A stretch of 64,000 nt of DNA from Candidatus Marinacidobacterium sp. (GTDB lineage Bacteria > Acidobacteriota > Vicinamibacteria > Marinacidobacterales > Marinacidobacteraceae): contig OZ242011.1 of assembly GCA_965204755.1 (NCBI GenBank), positions 384,001 through 448,000 on the forward strand, written 5' to 3'. This document shows, piece by piece, positions 30,795-40,900 of this stretch (the first letter of the stretch is position 1; each line of letters starts with the position of its first letter). The notes under the pieces were generated by a model, which searched no databases, was not told the origin of the DNA, and saw only the letters and a program-made list of their open reading frames with translations. Both the position numbers and the translations under genes were made by a program.

Positions 30795-31856
30795 ATGAGT
30801 CCGAACCGGGCGATCCCGCCGGAGACGCCGGAGCGGCCGCGCCCGCGAGGCGAGCGTACCCTCCCCGCCGGGCGGACGAGATTGACCGAACCGAACGGCC
30901 CCGCCGCTTCCCTCCGGATCCGGATCGCGGTCTCCGCCTGCCTCCTCGGCGAGCCGGTCCGCTACGACGGGGCCCACTCCCGCTCCGCCTTCGTCACCGA
31001 AGCGCTCGGCGCCTGCTTCGAGTTGCTGCCCGACTGCCCGGAGATGGGCATCGGGCTCGGCGCGCCGCGGCCGAAGATCGGGCTGGAAGCGACGGCGGGC
31101 GGCGTCCGGCTCCGGGACTCCGGCGGCGCCGACCTGACCGGGGTCATGCGGCGCTACGCCGCCGAAGCGGCCCGGGCCTTCGCCGGGCGCGGCGTCGCCG
31201 GAGTCGTCCTCAAGTCGAAGTCCCCGAGTTGCGGAACCGGCGACGCGGCGGTGATCGGGCAAGACGGCGTCCGCCGCCGGGACGGGACCGGGATCTACGC
31301 CGCGGAACTCGCCGCCGCCCTCCCCGACGCGGCGGTGATTTCCGAAGCGGGCCTCCTCGAACCGGAACGCCGCGACCACTGGCTCACCCGCGTCTTCGCC
31401 GCCGGGGAACTCGCGGAACTCGCGGCCCGCTCGCCCACACGGGAGGCGTTGCGCCGGTTCGCCGGAAGATGGCGGACGACCCTCCTCGCCCACGGGACGC
31501 CCGACGGCGGCGCCGGCAGCGGCCCCGTCCCGCTCTCGGGGCCGCCGGAACGGTGGGCGCGCGCTCTGCGGCGCCGCCTCCGGGACGGGCTCACCCCACC
31601 GCCGTCCGCCGCCGGCCACCGGCGGGTGCTCGACCGCTACGCCGCCCGGCTCCGCGCGGCGGGAGTCGGGGGCGGCGTGAGCGACGCCCACGACCGGATC
31701 GACGCGTTCGCGGCCGGCCGAGCCCCCCTCGCCGAGGCGGTCCGCACGATCGCCCGGCTGGCGGAAGGAGCGGGCGACCCGGAACTGCGCGACCAGGCCT
31801 ACCTCGCACCGAGACCCGCGCCGCTCCGCTACCGCGAAGACCTCTACCGGGAGTAG
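30795..31856 (+). CDS. DUF523 (thiouracil desulfurase-like) + DUF1722 protein (YbgA family)
   Basis: Motifs VSACLLGEPVRYDGAH, CPEMGIGLGAPR, LKSKSPSCG and C-terminal DQAYLAP. The start is uncertain (30795 or 30882). Confidence 0.85.
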   Translation: MSPNRAIPPETPERPRPRGERTLPAGRTRLTEPNGPAASLRIRIAVSACLLGEPVRYDGAHSRSAFVTEALGACFELLPDCPEMGIGLGAPRPKIGLEATAGGVRLRDSGGADLTGVMRRYAAEAARAFAGRGVAGVVLKSKSPSCGTGDAAVIGQDGVRRRDGTGIYAAELAAALPDAAVISEAGLLEPERRDHWLTRVFAAGELAELAARSPTREALRRFAGRWRTTLLAHGTPDGGAGSGPVPLSGPPERWARALRRRLRDGLTPPPSAAGHRRVLDRYAARLRAAGVGGGVSDAHDRIDAFAAGRAPLAEAVRTIARLAEGAGDPELRDQAYLAPRPAPLRYREDLYRE

Positions 31857-31963
31857 CGAAACCGTCCGTCCCGACCGGTCTTCCCCGCCGCAGACGGGAC
31901 GGCGCCGGTCGGCACATGCATTGCAGCGGCCCCTCCAAAAACTACGCTCAGGAGGGCGAACTC

Positions 31964-32875
31964 ATGACGCGGATCGCAACTCTCATCATCATCGGCGCGC
32001 TCGCCGCGGTTCCGGCCGCGGGCGCGCAGCCGGACCGAGCGGCCGACGACGGGGCGAAGAACCGGCAGGCGAAGAACCGGCAGGCGAAGAACTGGGAAGT
32101 CCAGGTCTTCGCCAGCCCGGGCTGGAACGCGCTCCGAACCTCGGCGGAAGACGGCTTCGCGCTGAACCTCGGCCCGGCGGCGGTTTCCCCGACCCGGATC
32201 AGCGGTTCCCGGCTGTCCTCGGACTTCGGCTGGGGCGCCGGCGCGCGGCTCTCCCGAGGCGACTGGGGCGTGGAAGCGGCCTACCGCCGCCTCCGGAGCC
32301 AGGACCTGACGCCGGGCCACCTCCTCGTGGACACCGGCGCCTACGACGGCCTCCTCGAAGCGGTCACCGCCGACGACGCCGGGGGCTCGTTCACGACGCC
32401 GGCGGCGCCGGATGCGGGCATCACCGAGGCGGCGGCGCCCCACGCGAACGGCAACCTGTTCTTCGGGCAGGTGTTCCGCAGCGTGCGCCTCGGGCGGGGA
32501 ACCTCCCTCTCGATCGGTCTCGGCGGCGGGTACCTGCGCGTCAGGGACGAGTTCACCGACGACCTCGTCGCGCGCGACTGGGGCTCGCTCCCGCTCCCGG
32601 ACGGCCTGTCCGACTTCTTCGACATCGAGACCGGCTTCCAGGCCACCCGGGACAGTTTCGTGTACGGCGGATCACTGGCGCTCACCAAGGAGATGGGCCG
32701 GTTCCTCGTTCGACCGCGCCTCGATGTCATGGTCCCGACGCGGCGGTTCACCACGGGCTTCGACTACGCGATGACCATCACCGACGACGCCGCCCGGGAA
32801 CTCGCCGGCGAAGTCACCACGAGCCTCCGACCGGTCCTCTTCCTCGCATCCCTCGAAATCGGACTCCGCCACTGA
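31964..32875 (+). CDS. Uncharacterised secreted protein, probable outer-membrane beta-barrel (paralogue 1 of 3)
   Basis: RBS CAGGAGG, signal peptide, alternating hydrophobic/Gly strands; clear similarity to 61902-62774 and 62878-63738. Confidence 0.7.
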   Translation: MTRIATLIIIGALAAVPAAGAQPDRAADDGAKNRQAKNRQAKNWEVQVFASPGWNALRTSAEDGFALNLGPAAVSPTRISGSRLSSDFGWGAGARLSRGDWGVEAAYRRLRSQDLTPGHLLVDTGAYDGLLEAVTADDAGGSFTTPAAPDAGITEAAAPHANGNLFFGQVFRSVRLGRGTSLSIGLGGGYLRVRDEFTDDLVARDWGSLPLPDGLSDFFDIETGFQATRDSFVYGGSLALTKEMGRFLVRPRLDVMVPTRRFTTGFDYAMTITDDAARELAGEVTTSLRPVLFLASLEIGLRH

Positions 32876-32882
32876 CCTGACC

Positions 32883-32939
32883 GCGGGGAGGGCGCCCACC
32901 CCTCCCCGCACTCCCTCCCGGCCCGCTCGCCGGGCCGGG
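32883..32939. repeat. REP-like double hairpin between convergent genes, related to the interior of the MITE at 5505-5725
   Basis: gcggggaggg-N7-ccctccccgc followed by a second hairpin cccggcccg/cgggccggg; same first stem as 5639-5665. Confidence 0.6.
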
Positions 32940-32967
32940 GAACGACGGAGCCGGCCGCCGCCGACGC

Positions 32968-34107
32968 TCAGCCGACCGGTGCCGCTTCCCGCGCGAGGAC
33001 GCGCTCGTAGAGCGACTCGTATCTCGGCAGCACCGCCTCGCGGGCGAACAGCCGCTTCGCCCGCTCCCTCCCGGCGCGGCCCATCGCGCGGCGCCGCTCC
33101 TCGTCGCGCAGCAGGGCCGCGGAAGCCCGGGCCATCGCGGCGACTTCGCCGACCGGGAACAGGAAGCCGGAGACGCCATCCTCCACCACTTCCGGCAGAC
33201 CGCCGATCGTCGTGGCGACGACCGGCACCCGGGCCACCATCGCCTCGAGCGCGGTCAGCCCGAAACTCTCCTGCTCGCTGGGCAGGAGCAGCAGGTCGGC
33301 GCAACCGAGCGGCCCCTGGATGTCGTCCTGCTGGCCGAGGAAGATCACATCCTCGCCGAGTTCGAGTTCGCGCACGAGTTGCTGGGCGAACAGCCGCTCC
33401 GGGCCTTCCCCGATCAGGACCAGTTTCGCCGGCGTCCCGGCCCGCACCGAGGCGAAGATCCGCACCACATCGCTGATCCGCTTGACCGGGCGGAAGTTGG
33501 AAGCGTGCATCAGGATGGGCTCGCCGTTCGGCGCCCAGGCGTCCCGGGCGCACCGTTCGGGCCCCGGCGGCGGCAGGTCGGTGTTCACGAAGTTGGGGAT
33601 GACCTCGATCGGCAACTCCGGGGTGAAGTCGCGCCGGGTGCGCTCCGCGAGGTAGGAAGACACCGCCGTAACCGCGTCGGAGCGCTCGAGGACGAAGCGG
33701 ATCACCCGGTCGAAGGACTTGTCCGCGCCCACCAGGGTGATGTCGGTGCCGTGGAGGGTGGTCACCAGCCGCGTCCGTCCGCCGCCGATGATTTCGCAGG
33801 CCAGGAAGCCGCTCACCGCGTTCGGCACCGCGTAGTGGGCGTGGATCAGGTCGAGCCCGCCCTCGTTCGCCACCTCGGCCAGTTTCGTGGCGAGACCCAG
33901 GGTGTACGGCGGGTAGCGGAACAGCGGATACGAGGCGATCTCCACCTCGTGCAGGCGGATTCCCGGATGGAACCGCTGCAGCCGGAACGGCACCGCGTAA
34001 CTCACCACATGGACATCGTGGCCGCCCTCCGCCAGCCCCACGGCGAGTTCCGAGGCCACGACCCCGCTGCCGCCGTGCGTGGGGTAACAGACGATGGCGA
34101 TCCGCAA
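32968..34107 (-). CDS. bshA: N-acetyl-alpha-D-glucosaminyl L-malate synthase (bacillithiol biosynthesis, GT4)
   Basis: Motifs IVCYPTHGGSGVVASELA, HAHYAVP, TTLHGTDITLVG, SNFRPVKR and ESFGLTALEAM. TTG start. Confidence 0.9.
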   Translation of the reverse strand: MRIAIVCYPTHGGSGVVASELAVGLAEGGHDVHVVSYAVPFRLQRFHPGIRLHEVEIASYPLFRYPPYTLGLATKLAEVANEGGLDLIHAHYAVPNAVSGFLACEIIGGGRTRLVTTLHGTDITLVGADKSFDRVIRFVLERSDAVTAVSSYLAERTRRDFTPELPIEVIPNFVNTDLPPPGPERCARDAWAPNGEPILMHASNFRPVKRISDVVRIFASVRAGTPAKLVLIGEGPERLFAQQLVRELELGEDVIFLGQQDDIQGPLGCADLLLLPSEQESFGLTALEAMVARVPVVATTIGGLPEVVEDGVSGFLFPVGEVAAMARASAALLRDEERRRAMGRAGRERAKRLFAREAVLPRYESLYERVLAREAAPVG

Positions 34108-34530
34108 GACGAGGAGGGGGCGCGGCGGGCGGCGGGCCGCCGCCGGGCGGTGAGGGTAACCGGCGGGCGGGCCCGCCGGCCCGGAGGGGACCGCCCGCGC
34201 CGGCCCGGCGAGGCGCTCCGAAGAACGGCCCGGCCGGCCTTCGGTCGGCGCCCCGCCGCGCAGCGGCGTCCGGCCCCGCGAGGCGCCGGGCGTCGGCCCG
34301 GACCCGGCGGCGCGGCACGGCCGGGCGGGGTCGTCGTTGCGCTCGGCCCGGCGTTTTTGCGAGAATCCCGCCTCCGGGGAGGCGGCGCCTCCTTCGGCGG
34401 CAGGGGCCGGGAGAGGCATCCCGCCGGAAAGTTCCCGCGGGCGCTTTCCGGGCGCGCCGGGCAGACCGGCGCGGCGGTCCCTCTTGCCGGTGAGGACGAG
34501 AACCTCCGAGAACCGCCCCCGGAGAATTCC

Positions 34531-34971
34531 ATGGAAGACTCACTGCTCAAGATCAGCCATCGGCCGGCCACCAGCGTGGCGCCCGGCGAGACGATCTGCG
34601 ACGCCGTGGAGGTCATGGTGGACGCCGGAGTCGGCGCGGTCGCCGTGCTGCAGCCGGACGGCTCGCTGGCCGGGATGTTCACCGAGCGCGACCTCATGAC
34701 CCGGGTCGTGGCCCGGCACAAGGATCCGGAGACCACGACCGTGCAGGAGGCGATGACCAAGGACCCGGTCACCGTGCCCGAATCCACGCCCCTCGAACAG
34801 GCGCTGGAGATCATGGTGACCAACGACTTCCGGCATCTCCCCATCATGGACGGCGACCGGGTCCTCGGCATCGCCTCCGTGCGCCGCGTCCTGAAACACA
34901 AACTCGACGAGGAAAAAGAAGAACTCGAAGCCGTCGTCAGTTTCTTCAGTGCCGACGGCATCGGCGGCTGA
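34531..34971 (+). CDS. CBS-pair domain protein
   Basis: Motifs GMFTERDLMTRVVA, VQEAMTKDP and FRHLPI. Confidence 0.88.
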   Translation: MEDSLLKISHRPATSVAPGETICDAVEVMVDAGVGAVAVLQPDGSLAGMFTERDLMTRVVARHKDPETTTVQEAMTKDPVTVPESTPLEQALEIMVTNDFRHLPIMDGDRVLGIASVRRVLKHKLDEEKEELEAVVSFFSADGIGG

Positions 34972-37900
34972 CCCCGCCGGCGGCCGGCGTCCCCGCCGCC
35001 GCCGAACGGCGCGGCTCGCCGCGCTCCTCCTCGCCCTCGCGGCCCCGCTCCCGCTCGGCGGAGCGCCCTCCCCGGCCCCCGCCGAGGAGAAGTTCGCCGC
35101 CCTGCGCTGGCGCCACATCGGCCCGGTGGGGAACCGCGTCTCCGCCGTCCACGGCGTCCCCGGCGACCCGAACACCTACTACTTCGGCGCCGCCTCCGGA
35201 GGGGTCTTCCGCAGCCGGGACGGCGGCGTCCGCTGGACCCCGGTCTTCGACGACCAGCCGGTGCTCTCGATCGGCGCCCTCGCCGTCTCCGCCGCCGACC
35301 CGCAGGTCGTCTGGGCGGGCACGGGCGAGGCCCACATCCGCAGCAATGTCTCGCTGGGCAACGGGGTGTACCGCTCCACGGACGGCGGCGACACCTGGAC
35401 CCACGCCGGGCTCGAGGCCACCGGGCGCATCTCCCGGATCGCGACGCACCCCGACGACCCGGACACCGCCTGGGTGGCGGCGCTCGGCCACCTCTACGGC
35501 CCGCAGCCGGAGCGCGGCGTCTTCCGCACCGAGGACGGCGGCGCCTCCTGGGAGCGCGTCCTCTTCGTGGACGAACACACCGGCGCCTCCGAGATCGTGG
35601 TCAGCCCGGCCAACCCGCGGCTCCTGTTCGCCGGGATGTGGCAGATGCGGATGTGGACCTGGGGCCGGGAGAGCGGCGGCCCGGGCAGCGGCATCTTCGT
35701 GAGCCGCGACTCCGGGGACACCTGGGAGCGCCTCGCGGGAAACGGCCTCCCCGCCCCGCCTTGGGGGAAGGTCGCGCTGGCCATGACCCCGGCCGACCCC
35801 CGCCGGCTCTACGCGCTCATCGAAACGAGTTCCAACGAGGACTTCGCCCCGCTCGACGAACAGGACGGCGTGCTCTGGCGCTCGGACGACGCCGGCGCGA
35901 CTTGGGACTTGGTGAGCCGCGACCACACGCTGATGCAGCGGCCGCACTACTACACCCGGGTCGTCGCGGCCCCGGACGACGCGGACGAAGCGCACTTCCT
36001 GGCCACGCGCCACACGACCACCCTGGACGGCGGCCTCACCACCTTCCTGAACGACTCCGGCGGCGACCACCACGACATGTGGATCGCCCCCGACCGGCCC
36101 GACCGGATGATCGTCGGACACGACGGCGGCGTCAGCATCTCCACGAACCGGGGAGAGACCTGGCTCCGCCCCAGGCTCCCGATCGCCCAGATGTACCATG
36201 TGTACGCCGACGACCGCATCCCCTATTCGGTCATGGGAAACCGTCAGGACGGCCCCTCGTCGCGCGGGCCGTCCAACAGCCTGACCGGCGGCCCGATCCC
36301 CGTCGGGGAGTGGCGCGCGGTCGGCGGCTGCGAATCGGGCTTCGCCATCCCCGACCCGAGCGACGCCGGCGTCATCTGGTCGGGCTGCTACGAAGGCATC
36401 CTCGAGAGGTTCGACGAGCGGACCGGCCAAGCGCGGAATGTGAGCGTCTGGCCGGACAACCCGGAGGGGTGGGCGGCGGCGGAACTCCGCGACCGGTTCC
36501 AGTGGACCTTCCCGGTGCACATCTCGCCGCATGACTCCGACCGGGTGTACGCCGGCAGCCAGCGGGTGCACCGCACCACGAACGGCGGCCAGAGTTGGGA
36601 GGCGATCAGCCCCGACCTGACCGACGACGACCCGGCGCTCCAGCAGAAGACCGGCGGCCTCACCTTCGACGATGTGAGCCCGACCTACGCCGCGGTCCTG
36701 TTCTCGATCGCCGAGTCGCCGCACACCGCCGGCGTCCTCTGGGCCGGCAGCAACGACGGGAAACTCCATGTCTCGCGAGACGACGGAGCGACTTGGACCG
36801 ATGTCTCCGACCGCCTGCCCGGCCTGCCCCCGCTCGGGACCTTCAGCAACATCGAACCCTCGCGCCGCGCCGCCGGAACCGCCTATGTGACCGTGGACCT
36901 CCACCAGGTCGGCGACACGACGACCTACGCCTACCGGACCACCGACTTCGGGGCGAGTTGGCGCCGGCTCGGCGAAGACCTGCCGAAGACCACCCACGGC
37001 TACGCCCACACCATCCGCGAAGACCCCGCCCGGCCGGGCCTCCTCTACCTCGGCACGGAGAACGCCGTCCGGGTCTCCTTCGACGACGGCGCGACTTTCG
37101 AGTCGCTGCAGTCCAACCTGCCCCACGCCCCGGTCCACTGGTTGACCGTGCAGGAGCGCTTCTCCGACCTGGTCGCCGCGACCTACGGCCGGGGCTTCTG
37201 GATCCTCGACGACCTGACCCCGCTCCGGGAGTGGGGCGAAGAGGTGGAGAGCGCCGACATCCACCTCTTCCAGCCCCGCGAGGCCTGGCGGTTCCGGATG
37301 CGGCAGGCGGCGATGTCCCAGCCCGAGGACCCCGGCGCCGGCGAGAACCCGCCCTACGGCGCCGCGCTCCACTACCGGCTGGGCGAGGCCCGGCCCGGCG
37401 GCGTCTCGCTGACGATCCTGGACAGCGAAGGCAACACCGTCCGCGCGCTCTCCGGCAGCGGCGAGGCCGGCCTCCACCGGGTGCATTGGGACCTGCGGAA
37501 CGAGCCCACCCGCCGCCCCCGGCTCCGGACGCCGCCGCTCGGCAGCAGGGAAGTCATCCTCCCGGCGCGCGGCTTCCGGCTGCTCACCGAGTCCCGCCCG
37601 GTCGCCACGCTGATGCCGCCGGGCCGCTACACCGTCCGGCTCACCGCCGGCGAAGTGACCGAGGAGCGGCCCCTCGAAGTGCGGGCCGACCCCGACTCGC
37701 CCGCCGGAGGCGCCGAGATCGCCGGCCAGGTCGAAGTCCTGCTACGGATCCAGGAGATGGTCACCCGGGTCGGGGAGATGATCGAGGAGATCGAGTGGCT
37801 GCGCCGCCAGACGGCGGAACGCCGGGCGGTCGGCGCGGCGCGGGTCTCCGCCGTGGAGACCGCCGCCGAAGAGTACGAGAGCGCGCTCCGGGAACTCGAA

Positions 37901-38194
37901 GCGCGGTTCTTCGAGTTGCGCCTCACCGGCGGGAACGCCGGACAGGACACGCTGAGATGGCCCCGCCGCCTCCACGCCAAACTGTCGAGCCTCCACGGGT
38001 ACATCGGCGGCAGCGACCACCGCCCGACCGACCAGCACCTCGAAGTGCTGGCGCTCTACGAAGCGGAACTCGCCGAAACCGAAGCGATGCTCGCCCGCCT
38101 CGCCGGCGACGAACTGGCCGCGTTCAACCAGCAACTCGCCGAATCCGACCTCCCCCCGGTCGTCCGAACCTCCACCGAAGAACCCCCGCGCTGA
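34949..38194 (+). CDS. Large secreted BNR/VPS10 beta-propeller protein, glycosyl-hydrolase-like (second copy)
   Basis: Signal peptide, WRHIGPVGNRV, repeated SxDGGxTW, GNRQDG and ATYGRGFWILDD. Confidence 0.85.
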   Translation: MPTASAADPAGGRRPRRRRTARLAALLLALAAPLPLGGAPSPAPAEEKFAALRWRHIGPVGNRVSAVHGVPGDPNTYYFGAASGGVFRSRDGGVRWTPVFDDQPVLSIGALAVSAADPQVVWAGTGEAHIRSNVSLGNGVYRSTDGGDTWTHAGLEATGRISRIATHPDDPDTAWVAALGHLYGPQPERGVFRTEDGGASWERVLFVDEHTGASEIVVSPANPRLLFAGMWQMRMWTWGRESGGPGSGIFVSRDSGDTWERLAGNGLPAPPWGKVALAMTPADPRRLYALIETSSNEDFAPLDEQDGVLWRSDDAGATWDLVSRDHTLMQRPHYYTRVVAAPDDADEAHFLATRHTTTLDGGLTTFLNDSGGDHHDMWIAPDRPDRMIVGHDGGVSISTNRGETWLRPRLPIAQMYHVYADDRIPYSVMGNRQDGPSSRGPSNSLTGGPIPVGEWRAVGGCESGFAIPDPSDAGVIWSGCYEGILERFDERTGQARNVSVWPDNPEGWAAAELRDRFQWTFPVHISPHDSDRVYAGSQRVHRTTNGGQSWEAISPDLTDDDPALQQKTGGLTFDDVSPTYAAVLFSIAESPHTAGVLWAGSNDGKLHVSRDDGATWTDVSDRLPGLPPLGTFSNIEPSRRAAGTAYVTVDLHQVGDTTTYAYRTTDFGASWRRLGEDLPKTTHGYAHTIREDPARPGLLYLGTENAVRVSFDDGATFESLQSNLPHAPVHWLTVQERFSDLVAATYGRGFWILDDLTPLREWGEEVESADIHLFQPREAWRFRMRQAAMSQPEDPGAGENPPYGAALHYRLGEARPGGVSLTILDSEGNTVRALSGSGEAGLHRVHWDLRNEPTRRPRLRTPPLGSREVILPARGFRLLTESRPVATLMPPGRYTVRLTAGEVTEERPLEVRADPDSPAGGAEIAGQVEVLLRIQEMVTRVGEMIEEIEWLRRQTAERRAVGAARVSAVETAAEEYESALRELEARFFELRLTGGNAGQDTLRWPRRLHAKLSSLHGYIGGSDHRPTDQHLEVLALYEAELAETEAMLARLAGDELAAFNQQLAESDLPPVVRTSTEEPPR

Positions 38195-38292
38195 CCGGCC
38201 CGGCCGCTCGCGCGGCGACCGGACACGATGCGGACGCCGAACTACGCCCCGTCCACGAAATCGGGACAGCCTCACCTTCGCGGAGAAGGCGC

Positions 38293-38853
38293 ATGCGAAC
38301 AATCGAGATCCGGGAGTCCACCTACGAACGCCTCCAAAAACACGGGAAGCCGTTCGAAGACACGCCGGAGGCGGTGATCAACCGGGCGTTGGACGCGCTC
38401 GAGGAGCCGACGCCGACCCCGGACGAACCGGTCAGCGTCAGCGAGGAGCGCGTGTTCGGGCCTGCAGATCTGCCCGAAGTGATGCACACGGCGGTAACGG
38501 AGGCCGTCATCGACGGCCGGCGCATTCCCTCGCCCAACTGGCAGGTGCTCGCCAGAGAGATGTTGCTCCTCGCGGCGGGCCGCGCGAGCGGCCCCGACGA
38601 ACTCCGGAAGATGTGGCGACTGAACTCGGTCGAAGGCCGGAGGACCGACAGCGGCTACACCCACCTCCCCGGCGTCGATCTCTCGCTGCAGGCGACGGGC
38701 GCCGACACGGCGGCAGGCGCGCTGGTCGAGGCGGCGCAGTACTGGGGCATCGGCCTCGAAATCCGCTTCCGGTAGCGAAACAAGAAGGCGGCCGCACACC
38801 CCGGGGAGCACGGCTGTATCCGGGTGGCCCGCGCGGGAATCACCGCGCGGTAG
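38293..38853 (+). pseudogene. SepA/SeqA-N-like hypothetical protein interrupted by an in-frame TAG at 38773-38775
   Basis: N-terminus MRTIEIRESTYERLQKHGKPFEDTPEAVINRALD. After IRFR* the frame continues RNKKAAAHPGEHG to TAG at 38851. From memory, the family C-terminus reads F-x-W-R-x-K-x-x-A-A-H-P-G. Confidence 0.55.
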
Positions 38854-38940
38854 GAGCGACGGACGCCGAACCGGGCAGTCCGTCAGCGGCAAGCGGATCC
38901 GGGGGAGCGCCGCGCGGCGGCGCCGGCCCGGCGGGCGGGG

Positions 38941-40833
38941 TCAGCCGGAGAGGCGTTCGGCGAGGAGGCCGCGGGCGATGAGGGTGAAGTCGTGTTCGGT
39001 GACGATGCCGACCAGGCGGCCGTCTTCCACCACCGGGAGGGCGCCGACGCCTCGGTCGTTCATCAACTGGATGGCGTCCACCGAGAGGGTGGACGGGGCG
39101 ATCGTGACGACATCGGTCTTCATCGCTTCGCGGACGGAGAGCAACTCGTCTTCCTCGAGGCCGCTCTCCGCCACCAACTTGATGATCGTGCGGTAGGAGA
39201 TCAGGCCGACCAGGCGGTCGTCCTCCTCCACCGGGATGTGGCGGATGCGGCCCCAGTCCATGAGGATCGCCGCCCGGCGCACCGACTCGTCGGGATGGAC
39301 GGTGCGGAGGTCGGTGGTCATGAACTGCTCCACCCGCAGGTAGTGGTGCTTCCAGCCGCCGGAGTCGCCGACCACCGGGAGGTCCCACTGCGCCACCGGG
39401 ACGCCTTCCCCCTGCTGCCGCCGCGCGGCGCCGGTGATCGCGCTCAACCGCTCGGACGCGGAGGCCTGGTTCGAGAGCGCCGAGAAACCGTCCAGCATCC
39501 AGCGGGCGCCGCTCCGGCCGGTCTTCACCCGTTCCTCCACGATGCCGACATAGCGGTCCACATCGCCGGGGGCCACTTCCTTCCGGGCGAGCCCGTCCCG
39601 GACGCGCGGCAGCAGTTCCTCGGTCAGCAGTTCGCGCGCCCGCCAGTGCTTGCCGTCGAGCCAGGTCAACTCGGACATCAGGCCGAGGCGGCTCGCGGCC
39701 AGGAAGTTCTCGAGCACTTCGGGGAACGAGAGCGCTTCGGAAGGATCCACGCCGTCGCCGGAGAGCGAACTCAGCAGGCCGAGCCAGACGGCGGCGTTCG
39801 CCACTTCGTCCGGCAGCGTCGGCCCGGAGGGCAGGTAGCGCGACTCGATGCGCAGGTGGGGTTTCCCGTCGGTCGCCCCGTAGCAGGGCCGGTTCCACCG
39901 CCACACCGTCCCGTTGTGCAGGGTGAGCGCGGGAAGCCGCGGCGGGTCGGCCTCGTCTTCTTCTTCGTCGCCGGCGTCGAGGAGCACCGGGTGGTGCGAG
40001 ATGTTCTCCCGCAGCAACTCGATGATCCCGCCGCGCACCCAGTCCCGGCCGAACGAACCCCGCGCCGCCTGCTCCCGGGTGTTCGGGCGGAGGCTCCTCG
40101 TATCGATGCTCTGCTGGAAGAGGCCGATCCGGGTCTCCCGCCAGAGGCGTCGCCCGAACAGCAGCGGCGAGTTCGTGGAACACGCCAGCAGCGGCGCGGT
40201 GACCAACTGCGCCAGGTTGTAGATCCGGGAGAACTCCTCGGCCCCCACCTGCAGGTGGATCTGGAAACTGGCGTTCGCCGCCTCCAGCATCACATTCCCG
40301 TGGGTCGCGTGGATTTCGTCCGCGCCGGACAGGTGCAGGTGGTACGGCTCGCCGCCGCGCAGCCGCGCCAGGGCCTCGTTCAGCACCCGGTAGCGCGGCA
40401 GCGGCGTCATGTTCTCGAGGTTCAGGTCCGAGAGTTTCAGCGTCGGGAGGATCCCGGTGAGCAGCACATCGGCCCCCACCCGCCGCGCGGCGTCCGAAGC
40501 CCGGGTCATCACTTCCTCGAGGCTCGCCTCCATCCGCGACAGGAGGTCCCCCGACAGCGGCAGCGGGTCGAGGTTCGCCTCCAGGTTGAACCGGGCGATC
40601 TCGGTGGTGAACCGGGGGTCGTCCAGTTCGCGCAGCACTTCCATCGCCAGCGGCGCCGGACGGTGGGCGTCGCCGATCAGGAACATCTCCTGTTCGACGC
40701 CGACCCGGTACACCCCTTCCTCGATCCGCCCGTCGGCGATCATCCGGTTGAGCGTCCGGAGGTCGCGGAACAGGCGCTTCTCGAATCGGCGCAGTTCCTC
40801 GCCGGAGACGGCGCGGGTGTCCAGGCGGCCCAT
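38941..40833 (-). CDS. Glutamate-cysteine ligase family 2 (GCS2) domain fused to C-terminal CBS pair
   Basis: Motifs GVEQE, TEIARFNLE, NASFQIHLQV, NSPLLFG, HNGTVWRWNRPCY and RIESRYLPSGPT; CBS motifs IRHIPV and GIVTEHDF. Confidence 0.85.
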   Translation of the reverse strand: MGRLDTRAVSGEELRRFEKRLFRDLRTLNRMIADGRIEEGVYRVGVEQEMFLIGDAHRPAPLAMEVLRELDDPRFTTEIARFNLEANLDPLPLSGDLLSRMEASLEEVMTRASDAARRVGADVLLTGILPTLKLSDLNLENMTPLPRYRVLNEALARLRGGEPYHLHLSGADEIHATHGNVMLEAANASFQIHLQVGAEEFSRIYNLAQLVTAPLLACSTNSPLLFGRRLWRETRIGLFQQSIDTRSLRPNTREQAARGSFGRDWVRGGIIELLRENISHHPVLLDAGDEEEDEADPPRLPALTLHNGTVWRWNRPCYGATDGKPHLRIESRYLPSGPTLPDEVANAAVWLGLLSSLSGDGVDPSEALSFPEVLENFLAASRLGLMSELTWLDGKHWRARELLTEELLPRVRDGLARKEVAPGDVDRYVGIVEERVKTGRSGARWMLDGFSALSNQASASERLSAITGAARRQQGEGVPVAQWDLPVVGDSGGWKHHYLRVEQFMTTDLRTVHPDESVRRAAILMDWGRIRHIPVEEDDRLVGLISYRTIIKLVAESGLEEDELLSVREAMKTDVVTIAPSTLSVDAIQLMNDRGVGALPVVEDGRLVGIVTEHDFTLIARGLLAERLSG

Positions 40834-40900
40834 TTGCGGGCGGGATTCTAGGGGCGGGAGGGGAGGCGGGGGCGGCCCCCTCCCGGCGGCGACCGGGGGG

